This document shows positions 31,899-41,628 of a DNA stretch of 64,000 nucleotides, piece after piece (position 1 is the stretch's first letter; each line of letters starts with the position of its first letter). Under the pieces are notes generated by a model. The model had not been told where the DNA came from, searched no databases, and saw only the letters and a program-made list of their open reading frames with translations. Source of the stretch: an uncultured Phycisphaerales bacterium. GTDB taxonomy: Bacteria; Planctomycetota; Phycisphaerae; Tepidisphaerales; Tepidisphaeraceae. Both the position numbers and the translations under genes were made by a program. Location of the stretch: NCBI GenBank assembly GCA_963758525.1, contig CAVWVQ010000003.1, forward strand, positions 1,824,001 to 1,888,000. The letters are read 5' to 3'.

Positions 31899-31943
31899 TT
31901 CGTGAAGATTCGTGAAAATTCGTGCTCATTCGTGTTCCTCTTC
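31899..31943. repeat. CACGAAT-family single arm upstream of GxxExxY
   Basis: ttcgtgaagattcgtgaaaattcgtgctcattcgtgttcctcttc abutting the aminotransferase stop; inverted match to the arm starting at 30864. Confidence 0.88.
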
Positions 31944-33231
31944 ACGGAGCCAAGGCCACGGTTAATCCCGCATCGATCGCCTCGACCAGTTCATCCACCT
32001 GCGGTTTGCCTGCGTTGAGCATCAGGCCGGTGCGGATGACATTTCCGTAGACGCCGCCTTTGCCGAGCAGCACGCCGCGGCGCTTCGCTTCTTCGAACAC
32101 CGCGGTGACTGCCGCGGGAGCCGGCTCCTTGGTCCTGGGATTTTTCACCAGTTCGATCGCCTGCATCATTCCCATCCCGCGGGCGTCGCCGATCAGGGGA
32201 TGTTTTTCCTTCAACGCTTTGAACCGCTCGCCGAGATACGCGCCGGTGATCTTGCAGTTTTCGAGCAGGCTCTGTTCTTCGATCACTTCGATCGTCGATC
32301 GAGCGGCAGCCATCGAAACGGGATTTCCTCCGAAGGTCGCGAAGGTGATGCCGGGAAATTTGTCCGCGACGGCAGGTGTTGCGATCGTCATGGCGACCGG
32401 TGCGCCGTTCCCCATTCCCTTGGCCGACACCATGATGTCGGGATTGACGTCCCAGTGCTGAATTCCCCACCACTTTCCTCCCGTGCGACCCCAGGCGGTC
32501 TGCACTTCGTCGGCGATGTAGAGACCGCCATACTTGCGCGCGATGGCGACCGCACGCTCGAAATAGCCGGGCGGCGGAACGATAAATCCGCCCGAGCCGA
32601 TGATTGTCTCGGCCATGAACGCGGCGATCTCGCCGCCGGTCTCGGTCTGAATCAGCTCTTCGATGTCGTTGGCGCACTCGAGCCCGCATGCGTGCGGCCC
32701 GGGCGCGTTAAACGGACAACGATAACAATACGGTGCATGCGCGTGACGGATCCCCGAGACGGGCAGCGGAATTTTCTTCCATCCGCTCTGCCCGCACCCG
32801 GCCAGCGTCTGCAGGCTCCGGCCGGAATAGCTGTGACGCAGCGTGATGATGTCCATCCGCCCCGTCGCGACTCGGGCAGCGTTCATTGCCGTCTCGTTGG
32901 CTTCGGTCCCGCTGCTGGTGAAGAACGTCTTCTTCAAGTCGCCCGGGGAGATCGACGCGAGCTTCTCGGCCAGGTTCGATTGCTCCGCGTTGGCGTAGAG
33001 CGTTGAGGTGTGGCTGATTTTCTTCACTTGCGCGACGATCGCCTCGACTATTTTCGGATTGGCATGGCCGACGCTCACGGTCAGCACGCCGCCAAAGGCG
33101 TCGAGATATCGCTTCCCCGTGTCATCCCAGACGTAGTTGCCGTCCCCCTTCACCAGAGCGATGGGCTCCTGGTAGTACATTGCCACGGCGGGAAAGAGAT
33201 ATTCCTTGTGTTTGCGTACGGCTTCACTCAT
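31942..33231 (-). CDS. Class III PLP aminotransferase (AGXT2/PYD4-like, probable beta-alanine aminotransferase)
   Basis: YLDAFGGVLTVSVGH, FFTSSGTEANE, IADEVQTAWGRTG, PDIMVSAKGMGNG, TFGGNP; lies in the pyrimidine catabolic operon. Confidence 0.85.
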   Translation of the reverse strand: MSEAVRKHKEYLFPAVAMYYQEPIALVKGDGNYVWDDTGKRYLDAFGGVLTVSVGHANPKIVEAIVAQVKKISHTSTLYANAEQSNLAEKLASISPGDLKKTFFTSSGTEANETAMNAARVATGRMDIITLRHSYSGRSLQTLAGCGQSGWKKIPLPVSGIRHAHAPYCYRCPFNAPGPHACGLECANDIEELIQTETGGEIAAFMAETIIGSGGFIVPPPGYFERAVAIARKYGGLYIADEVQTAWGRTGGKWWGIQHWDVNPDIMVSAKGMGNGAPVAMTIATPAVADKFPGITFATFGGNPVSMAAARSTIEVIEEQSLLENCKITGAYLGERFKALKEKHPLIGDARGMGMMQAIELVKNPRTKEPAPAAVTAVFEEAKRRGVLLGKGGVYGNVIRTGLMLNAGKPQVDELVEAIDAGLTVALAP

Positions 33232-33536
33232 GTGCGGTCTTCCTGAATGTGCGATCCGTGTCACGGCCGAAGTGAGTTCGATCAACGTAATGTCTGAGGA
33301 GCGATAGCGGCCTCGCCAGCGCAAGAATCGAACATGAATTCGCCGGGATCAGACGTTGCAATGAATACCGGTGCTTGTGTGGTCCCGGAGGCGCAGGGCA
33401 GTTGGATTTCGATTCCGCTCAGCGCCATTGAGCGTGCGGGAAACTTGGCTAGCATAATGACGTTCGCTCGGATGTAAAGATTTTTCCGAGTTCTTCGGAG
33501 TTTTGGGGCGTCCTGATTACGCCGGAGCTATTTATC

Positions 33537-35087
33537 ATGCCGTCGCCCGCTTCGTCAGCCGTCTCGTCGGTTCCGACCGCAGACAATCCAACTCCTCCCC
33601 CCGCCGTCCCGATGCTGATTAACGGCAAGTGGATCACAAGCGGCAGCGCCCGATGTTCGGAGGTTTTCAACCCCTCCACCGGGCAGGTCATTGCCAAAGT
33701 TCCACTCGCTTCGAGCGCGGAGGTGGATGAGGTCGTTCGCGCGGCGGCCGCCGCGCTTCCTGCCTGGACGGGCACTCCGGTGGTCGAGCGCTGCCGAATC
33801 ATGTTCCGCTTCCGGGATCTGCTGAACCAGCGGTTTGATGAACTTGCCCGGCTGGTCACGCGCGAGCATGGTAAAACGCTGGTCGAGGCGCGTGCCTCAG
33901 TGCAACGGGGGCTGGAAGTGGTTGAGTTCGCTTGCGGCATGCCGTCGATGCTGATGGGGCAGTCGCTGCCTGATATCGCCCGTGGCGTTGATTGTGAAAC
34001 AGTGCGGCACCCAGTCGGCGTCTGCGTGGGAATTACTCCCTTCAACTTCCCCGCGATGGTTCCGATGTGGATGTTCCCAGTGGCCATTGCCTGCGGGAAT
34101 ACGTTCATTCTCAAGCCGAGCGAAAAGGTTCCGCTCTCGGCCAATCTGATCGGCCAGATCCTCACCGACGCCGGCTGCCCGGCGGGCGTGTTCAACATCG
34201 TGCATGGCGACAAGGAAGCGGTGGACGCGCTGCTGACACACGAGCATGTCGCGGCGATCTCCTTCGTCGGCTCCACTTCGATTGCCCGATACGTTCACGA
34301 AACCGGCACCCGCCACGGGAAGCGCGTGCAGGCGGCGGGCGGAGCGAAGAACCACCTGATCATCATGCCCGACGCGGATCTCGGCCAAGCCGTGGCCGCG
34401 CTGCAGGCGTCGGCTTTCGGATGCGCCGGCGAGCGCTGCATGGCCGGGTCTGTCGCGGTGCCGGTCGGCGATGTGAGCGACCATCTCGTCGATGCATTGT
34501 GCGAGACTGCCGGCCGAATGAGCGTGGGGCCCACCGACACCGGCGCCGCGGTCGACATGGGCCCGGTCATTACCGCGGCACATCGCGATCGCGTGGCGGG
34601 GTATCTCGACATCGCCAGCGGCGAAGGCGCGGCCGTCGTCCTCGACGGTCGGCAGAACCTCCCTGCCGGACCAGGCTTTTTCCTGCGTCCCACCGTAATC
34701 GACCGCGTCGAATCCGGGATGAAAGTCGCCACCGAAGAAATCTTCGGCCCCGTCCTCTCGGTCATCCGCGCGAACTCACTGGAACAAGCCCTGGAGGTCG
34801 GCCGGCGCAGCCCCTACGGCAACGGCGCGTCGATCTTCACGAGCAGCGGTCACTCCGCCCGGCAGTTCAAGCAGCATTTCAACGCGGGGATGATTGGCAT
34901 TAACGTCGGTGTTCCGGCACCAATGGCCTGGTTCCCGTTCACCGGATGGAACCAGTCCTTCTTCGGCGACCTCCACGTGCAGGGATCGGAATCGATCCAG
35001 TTCTACACGCGGCAAAAGACCATCACCACGCGATGGTTTGCCAGCGCCGACGAGAGCCATCAAGACCCGGTATGGCGGCAGAAGTGA
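33537..35087 (+). CDS. mmsA: CoA-acylating (methyl)malonate-semialdehyde dehydrogenase
   Basis: GITPFNFPAMVPMWM, LKPSEKVP, ISFVGST, GGAKNH, GCAGERCMA, EEIFGPV, GINVGVPAP. Confidence 0.93.
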   Translation: MPSPASSAVSSVPTADNPTPPPAVPMLINGKWITSGSARCSEVFNPSTGQVIAKVPLASSAEVDEVVRAAAAALPAWTGTPVVERCRIMFRFRDLLNQRFDELARLVTREHGKTLVEARASVQRGLEVVEFACGMPSMLMGQSLPDIARGVDCETVRHPVGVCVGITPFNFPAMVPMWMFPVAIACGNTFILKPSEKVPLSANLIGQILTDAGCPAGVFNIVHGDKEAVDALLTHEHVAAISFVGSTSIARYVHETGTRHGKRVQAAGGAKNHLIIMPDADLGQAVAALQASAFGCAGERCMAGSVAVPVGDVSDHLVDALCETAGRMSVGPTDTGAAVDMGPVITAAHRDRVAGYLDIASGEGAAVVLDGRQNLPAGPGFFLRPTVIDRVESGMKVATEEIFGPVLSVIRANSLEQALEVGRRSPYGNGASIFTSSGHSARQFKQHFNAGMIGINVGVPAPMAWFPFTGWNQSFFGDLHVQGSESIQFYTRQKTITTRWFASADESHQDPVWRQK

Positions 35088-35288
35088 AGCGCCGCTCCCT
35101 CCTCTCAGGAGGCCGCGGAGACTGCTCCCGCAATTACTGGTGAAGCCTTTTAGAGCGTCATTTGATTGGCGCACGGGAAACTACGAGTTGGCTTTATGGA
35201 GGCGCGCGAGGCGGTCGGTCAGATCGCGCACCTCGGCCGGATTTTCTTGTATTCGACGGCGGTCGGGATCATGGTTGGATCCGGCGTT

Positions 35289-35540
35289 TCAGGGCAGCGC
35301 CACCGCGTCGGCGTCGATCTCGATTTTGGCGGTCGCAAAGCCGGCGGCTTGGATTTGGCCGATGGCAGAACGGAACGCCTCTTCCAGTGAAACGGCCTTG
35401 CGGTCGAAGTGGACCCAGGCGGTGCCGTTAGACGATGCCGGCGTGCCGTCCTGGCAGCCCGCGTGGAACAGGGCATCGGCCTGGTCGTCTGTGACTTGCG
35501 TCGTATCTTTCAGCACTACGTTAAATTCATAAATCTTCAT
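35289..35540 (-). CDS. Small HicB-like (antitoxin-like) protein
   Basis: YEFNVVL...ADALFHAGCQD...VHFDRKA.SLEEAFRSAI..I..AG; GGAG RBS; downstream of the HicA-like gene. Confidence 0.55.
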   Translation of the reverse strand: MKIYEFNVVLKDTTQVTDDQADALFHAGCQDGTPASSNGTAWVHFDRKAVSLEEAFRSAIGQIQAAGFATAKIEIDADAVALP

Positions 35541-35788
35541 AGCGGCTCCATGGATACTGCCAGCGGACTCGTGCGGACAGGCATTCACCATCCGCCGAAG
35601 ATAGGCGACGTGGTGTTCGGGCACGCGGGGCGTGCCATACACACTGACGATGCAACCGCCGCGCACTGCGCGGGACAAAACAGCCGGCCCCACGCGTGGG
35701 CACGCGAACCCGATTTAATCAGCCGCCAGCCACTATCCAGCGCATAATCGATCGCTGCCCGGATGTGCTTGTTCGGGTGGTCGTTCAT
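35541..35788 (-). CDS. Small HicA-like (toxin-like) protein, indel near 35670
   Basis: HPNKHIRAAIDYA..GWR....AHAWGRLFCP / CIVSVYGTPRVPEHH...RRMVNAC; no stop seen before the next ATG. Confidence 0.55.
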
Positions 35789-35890
35789 GAATCGGGCCGT
35801 TGATATTACGGGGCGCGCCTTTTGGAAACAACTTGCGCACGCCGCACCGAGAAAACAACGGAACCCAACGCCGGCATTGTAAATTGGCAA

Positions 35891-37149
35891 TTAGTCATCA
35901 CCATCTCTGAGCATCCAATGGATCGTTCTCTCGGCTAGATGATCGAGCGCGCGAACGGATAGCTCGATGTGTTCTTCTTTCGTGTCTTCAATTTTGTTAT
36001 GGGAGATGCCGCGCAGGCTCTGCACGAAAAGCATGACCGTCGGCACGCCCGCGCGAGAGACTTCCGCGGCGTCGTGAAGCGGACCGCTCGGCAGCCGATG
36101 GGAGATGCCGCAAACTTCTGCAATCGACTGATCGGCCATCGCGATCAGGTCGGGGTGAAACGGAATTGGCGGAATATTCCAGGTCTTTTGCCAGGCAACG
36201 TCGATCTTTTCCTCGACTGCGATTCGCTCGCTTGCTTCGCGGGTCTCGCGGAACATCGCGGCTAGTTTCCCGGCGTCGAGGTGGCGGAGGTCGAGGGTCA
36301 TCTCCGCCTCTCCGGCGACAGCGGTGACGATGCCGGGGCGGGTGACGACCTTGCCGACGGTACCGACGCCGCCGCGCCTGATTGCGATTTCGCGGACGGC
36401 CAGGTGCAGTTTCGACACACCGCCCAGCGCATCGCGCCGATGCGACATCGGCGTCGAGCCGGAATGGGCGGCCTGGCCCGTGAACGTGATTGCGTGGCGC
36501 TCGACGCCAAAGGTTCCCAGGACAGCGCCCATCGGCAAGCCAAGGTGCTTGAGCACCGGGCCTTGCTCGATATGCAGTTCCAGATAGGCGGCGGCGTTGC
36601 GAAGTTCGGCGCTCGCTTGCGGCGCCAGATCGAGATCGACGCCGTGCTGCTTCACCGCTTCAACGAGCTGAACGCCGGCGCGGTCGGTCAAATGCCGCAC
36701 TTCATCCGGCACCAGCGTCCCCGCCGCCGCGCTGGATCCGAAAAGGCTTCGGCCGAAGCGTGCTCCCTCTTCGTCCGCCCAATCCACGAGCCGGACTGTC
36801 ACCCCCGGCGTGCCTTGAGCGGCAATCCTGCGCAACACCTCCAGCCCGCCAAGGACATTCAGGCATCCATCGAGCCATCCGCCGTTGGGAACAGAATCGA
36901 TGTGACCGCCGATCAACAGCGCGCGATCGCTTTTGCCCCGCAAGGTCGCCCACAGATTGCCGGCCGGGTCGTTGTGCACCTCCACCGGCAGCGCCGCCAG
37001 CTTTTCCCGAAGCCATTTGCGGGCAAGCACCACGTGGGGGTGAACGCGACACGCTGCGCGCCGTCGGCATCGCCGGTCAGTTCGCGCAGTTCCTTCAATT
37101 CCTCAACGGTGCGTGCTGGCGAGAGAATGCCGTCGAGTGGCGTTGTCAT
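35891..37149 (-). CDS. Hydantoinase/carbamoylase (M20) amidohydrolase, probable beta-ureidopropionase (indel ~37030)
   Basis: GAQRVAFT N-terminus in ORF 36913-37149; GHIDSVPNGGWLDG, DEEGARF, ELHIEQGP, GQAAHSG, SGPLHDA, GISHN. Confidence 0.88.
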
Positions 37150-37273
37150 TCAGTGGTACCGGATCGGTCGCGGTCAGCCGGTTTGTCAGGCAAGCAAGGG
37201 AGAATGGCCGACGAACAGAATAGTACCGGAACTCCGCGGGCGAGAGAAAGTGCTGTTTGCCTTGAAATCAACC

Positions 37274-40200
37274 TCACTTTGCCGCTCTTGCGGGGTTCTG
37301 GGTCGGGGGATAGAAGCTTCCTGCCTGCGACGCGGCGATCCGCTCGATCTGATCGCGCGGCACGGTGGACGGCTTCACCAGGCACATAAAGCTTTCCATT
37401 TCCTGCACATCATTCTCGACCCCCATCACGAAGTGGCCGCGTGATTTTCTCGCGAGCTTGTCGGCAGTGTCCCCGAATCTGGAACGGAGTTTGTCAATTG
37501 CGGTTTTTGTTGTGAGCTTCCCGGCGAAAGTGGTGGTGATGTTGTCGAGGGCTTTATAGTCGAAGTCGCCGACGTTCTGACTTGCGAGCATCACGCCGAC
37601 GCCCGCCGCGCGGCGCGGCGCAGCAGGTTTTCCATGCCGGGTTTGGTCACCGGCTTGCTCGTGGCGGGAATGTAGAGATCGGCTTCGTCGAACATCAGCA
37701 GCGCCTGCAGCCGGCCGTCGGGGGAGGGAAATTGCTGGATGAAGCTTCCGGCCGCGGCCAGAAACTGCGCGATCCAGGCGAGCGACGAGTCACCTTCGAG
37801 AAATTGGGTGCAGATGATGTTGAGCGGCACCTTTCCGAGTCGGGGCTGCAGAAGCATGCGGGGCAGATCCACTTTCTCGCCGTCGTCGCTGAAGAGGCGG
37901 CCGTGCGCAACGCGCCGCTCGTTGAGGCGCCTGCCGACCTCCTCGCAATGTTTGGCGCCGTGTGCCGGCAGGCGGCCCAGCAGTTCCTGCGGCGCGCTGA
38001 GCAGCAGATTTTCAAGGGCGTCGAGGTTGTGCGACATCGGAGCGGTGCAGAGCAACTCGATCGCCTTCGAGAGCACGGTGGCGAACATGTCGGTCTTGGA
38101 CGGCGTTGCGGCGCAGATGTGACAGAGAATCATTGCGGCCTGGCGGGCCTGCTCCTGCCGCTCGTGTTCGTCAACCTTGCTCAGATCGGCCGGCAACAAC
38201 GGAAGCACCAATGGTCGACCGGCAGCGGAGCCGGGCGTGTAGAGAGAGATATCGAGCCGGTCGCGGAGCGCGCGGCGGCGCTCTGTTTCATCGGGCGCTT
38301 CGGTGTCCTGCGTCCAGGCTTCCTCGACCGCATACGTCGCCAGATCACCTTTTCGATCGAAGAGAATGACGGCCACGCCCCGCTCCAACAACCTTTCCAC
38401 GATGTTCAGGGCCAGCACGGTCTTGCCGCTCCCATTGGCGCCGAAGATGGCGGTGTGACGGGTGAGTGACTGGGGATCGAGCGTCACCTCTGTCCGAAGG
38501 AAGCCATCCGATGTGCCGATTGCGAGCGGGCCGGTCGATTGCAGCGGAACAAATCGAGGCTCCGCGGAAGCGAAATGCAGCCGCTCGGCCGGCAGAAGCA
38601 GGCGCTCTGCTTCGGGCGATGCCTCTGGCACTGCCTGGGCGGTGACGGTCGCAGCGCCCGCTGGATCAGACGCCGTGTCGACTACTGTGGCGGACGCTTG
38701 GGTCGCGGGAACCTGCTGCAATCCGCGCCGCTGGATAATGGCGTGAAGCTCCGGAAGTCCGGCAAGCGGCATATCGCTCTTTCGCCATTCCGCGACGATG
38801 TCCGGCGCGAACTTCGCGGCGTGCGATCCCAGGAAGTCGCGCATCGCCTGCATGGTCTGCCAGCATGGCTCGTCTATGACCTGACAGACGCCGCCCGATT
38901 TGCGCAGCTCCGCGAGGTGTTGAGCAAGCTTTCCTTTGCCGGGGAAACGGGTGCTGCGGATGACGACCACGCCTTGCTGGGGCGAGGTGCGGAGAGCCTC
39001 CAGCGTGGTCACCTGCTTGTACAGGCCATTGCCGCGAGCGTCTTTTTCGCAGAGGCCGATCAGACGCCGCAGGGGCGGATCGCCTGTCCGATTGAGGGAA
39101 AACGAAATCGGCGAAATGCCGCCGGCGGTGGCGAGCGAGGCATCGATCATGATGGTCGAGCGTTCGGGCAACTCATTGGGCAATTCGCCCAATGTCCACC
39201 TCAGCAGATCGAGATGCGCAGCCTCATTCTCGGCGACTTTGTGCTCGCCGGCGGTGCGAAACTCATTCCACGCGAGCCGCAGGCGGTCAACGTCTTCCGG
39301 CTCGGGTGAGATCGGCCGGACGATGTCCTCCTGCTTCCATTCCACGATCGCCTTGGCGCGATGACACGCATGCCAGTATCGGTGAACCTGCTGAAGCACG
39401 TCGCGCAGGTGTTGTCCTCCCAATCGTTCGGGGAGATTCTCCGGCATGGGATAGACCGAATCGGGCGGGACGTGCTGCAGCCCCACCCCTTCGTACAGGC
39501 CTTTCAGCCGGCGGGAAACGATCTGGCGGATCTCCTGGGAGCTTCGCGCGGCGATGAGCACGACGGGGCTTGGCTCGTTCTCAATCCGATGACGGTACGA
39601 CGTGATCAGATGCGGCGCGTGGACTTCGTATGCCGAATCGAGGCAACTCAGCAGCACCATCATCTTCGGCACATTCTCGATCAGCTCGCAGGCGCTCCCC
39701 ATCGCTCGCGTGAACGGGTCGTGGTTTTTTCCCGTGATGTCGCTGGCTTCGATCTGATCCACGCAGATGACCAGGGGCGAGCCGAGCGCGGCGACGGTGA
39801 TGTGCGCTAATTGTCCCAGCAGGTGCATCGGCTCACGGTTGCAATCAGGCGGTAGCGCGGCAAGCGTCCGCCAGTCCATGCCGCTGAGCGGCTCCCCATT
39901 GAGGAAGCTGCTCACGCGGCGCTGAATCGCCTTGCGATTGCTTTGCCGATACAGGAACGCGCGCAGCGTGTCCAAGTCCACGTCGGCGTAACGCACGCGC
40001 CCGTTCTCGTCCTTGGCCTCACTGAGCACATCGGCACATTCGTTGACGAGCCGTGCGAGCGATTCTTCATCAGCGTCCCGGAGTTTCTCCGCCGCTTCGT
40101 GCTCCAGTCCGGAGGATTCGGCGAGCGCGTCGCTGATCAGGTCCAGCGCACTGAACTGTTCCACCTGATCGGAAGCATGGAGATAGGCATCCGACAGCGA

Positions 40201-40541
40201 TCTGACCACCTGCCGGAGCAGATATTTGCGGTAGTCGCCGTGCTCGCTGGTCATGTGAACGTACGCGATGACACCGCGATGCTGGCGGTGCGTCTGCGCC
40301 CGCAGCGCAGGATCAGGTGGGTCTTCCCGCAGCCCGCTTCTCCCTTGATCAGCAAGACCCTGCTGACGCTTCCTGCGCGGACGCCGTCGAGCGTGGCGTT
40401 GAATGCCTCGCGCGCGCCAAGGTGAAGTTCCTCGACGTCGAAGGGATCGGCAAACGCGATCTGCGTCCCCTGCACCACCGAACCCAGCACCTCATGGCCG
40501 CGCTCGCGAAACACCTCGTCGCGACAATCGACTTCATCCAT
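37274..40541 (-). CDS. ~1090-aa fused AAA-type ATPase + HerA/DUF87-type ATPase (indels ~40307 and ~37610)
   Basis: Walker A GEAGCGKT with Walker B LVICVDQIE; second module RHTAIFGANGSGKT, ILFDRKGD, LLMFDEAD, RRARAAGVGVMLASQ. Confidence 0.8.
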
Positions 40542-41625
40542 GGCTTCCCCCGGTATTGCTGACGCGGATGTAATGAAATCGCGATGCGCCGGTCCTGACC
40601 TCGGAATCGCTGAAATCCTGCGCGCGATCTTCCGGGATGAGATCCTCCCGCACGAGCACAAGCTGAGTGCCGTTGACTTCGGAGAGGTTCTGCTTGAACC
40701 GCTCCAGCGGAAGCGGCCCGTAGGTCCGCTCATATTGGCGCCAGGCATAATGCACGAGCACCTTGTCGCCGAGATTTGAAACACCGGCCCCGCCCACATG
40801 CGCGACCGCCTGGGCGGCGGCCAACGCCTGGCGGGAGAACGTGGCAGGATCGGCATACGAATCTGCGTGAGCGCCGAGCCCGGCCGGATCGAGTGGCGGC
40901 GCGGACGGCGTCGGAGCCCTGACGCCCAGCCATCGCTTTACGACGGCGAACTTGATTTGCTTCGCCTGGCAGTGATCCAGAATTTTGCAGACGACTGCAG
41001 CCAACAGCTGGTCGAGTTTTGCCGCCTTTGTTTCCGGTTCTCCCAACAGCGGACCGACTACAAGCGCTGGAAGCACGCCGTCCGTAAGCTTCTTCAAATA
41101 GATTCTATCCGTGGGCACGTGCGACATCCGCGACAGGGCAAGTTTCACCAGTTCAAGCTTTGCAACATCGAGTCCGCGATCGAGCGGAACCGGCAAATCA
41201 AGCTGTTGGATGCAAACGGCCAATGGGAGCAACGCGGTAAACGTCTTCTGAGATTTCTTGTCGGTCTGCGGAAGCGGCAAACCGCTGGCGATTGCCGGTA
41301 ATTCATAGGTGCTGATCGATCCGAACGGTCTGGTGCTCACCGGAAGACTCGTTCGTCCCAACCGCCGACTCACGTACGCCTGCCCCGATTCGGTGATTTT
41401 GAAACTGGCCTTGGCGGTTTTCCTCGCTGGCTGGATTCGCTCCGCGCGTGCCGATGTGACCAGTCGCTCGAGCGCCGTTGGCGCAAGGCTTTGGGCGGCG
41501 CCTTGCGGCACCATCGGCTTCATCGCGGTCGCCAGCGAAGCCGCAGTGGCCGGCTTGCCCGTCTGGCACCACAGCCATGCCAGTACCACAAGCTCCAATC
41601 GCTCTTCGTTGACTTCGCTCTGCAT
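40534..41625 (-). CDS. Uncharacterised 363-aa protein (wHTH-like N-terminus)
   Basis: Intact ORF 3 bp from the upstream stop and overlapping the downstream ATG; ALERLV...FKITESG wHTH-like end; C-terminal DKVLV...FKQNL...L.REDL...SEV...FHYIR. Confidence 0.7.
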   Translation of the reverse strand: MQSEVNEERLELVVLAWLWCQTGKPATAASLATAMKPMVPQGAAQSLAPTALERLVTSARAERIQPARKTAKASFKITESGQAYVSRRLGRTSLPVSTRPFGSISTYELPAIASGLPLPQTDKKSQKTFTALLPLAVCIQQLDLPVPLDRGLDVAKLELVKLALSRMSHVPTDRIYLKKLTDGVLPALVVGPLLGEPETKAAKLDQLLAAVVCKILDHCQAKQIKFAVVKRWLGVRAPTPSAPPLDPAGLGAHADSYADPATFSRQALAAAQAVAHVGGAGVSNLGDKVLVHYAWRQYERTYGPLPLERFKQNLSEVNGTQLVLVREDLIPEDRAQDFSDSEVRTGASRFHYIRVSNTGGSHG

Positions 41626-41628
41626 TAT

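Noticed and set aside
30864..31943. CRISPR array
   Set aside because: Sequences between the palindromes are near-identical, not unique spacers; 222-bp period; no cas genes.
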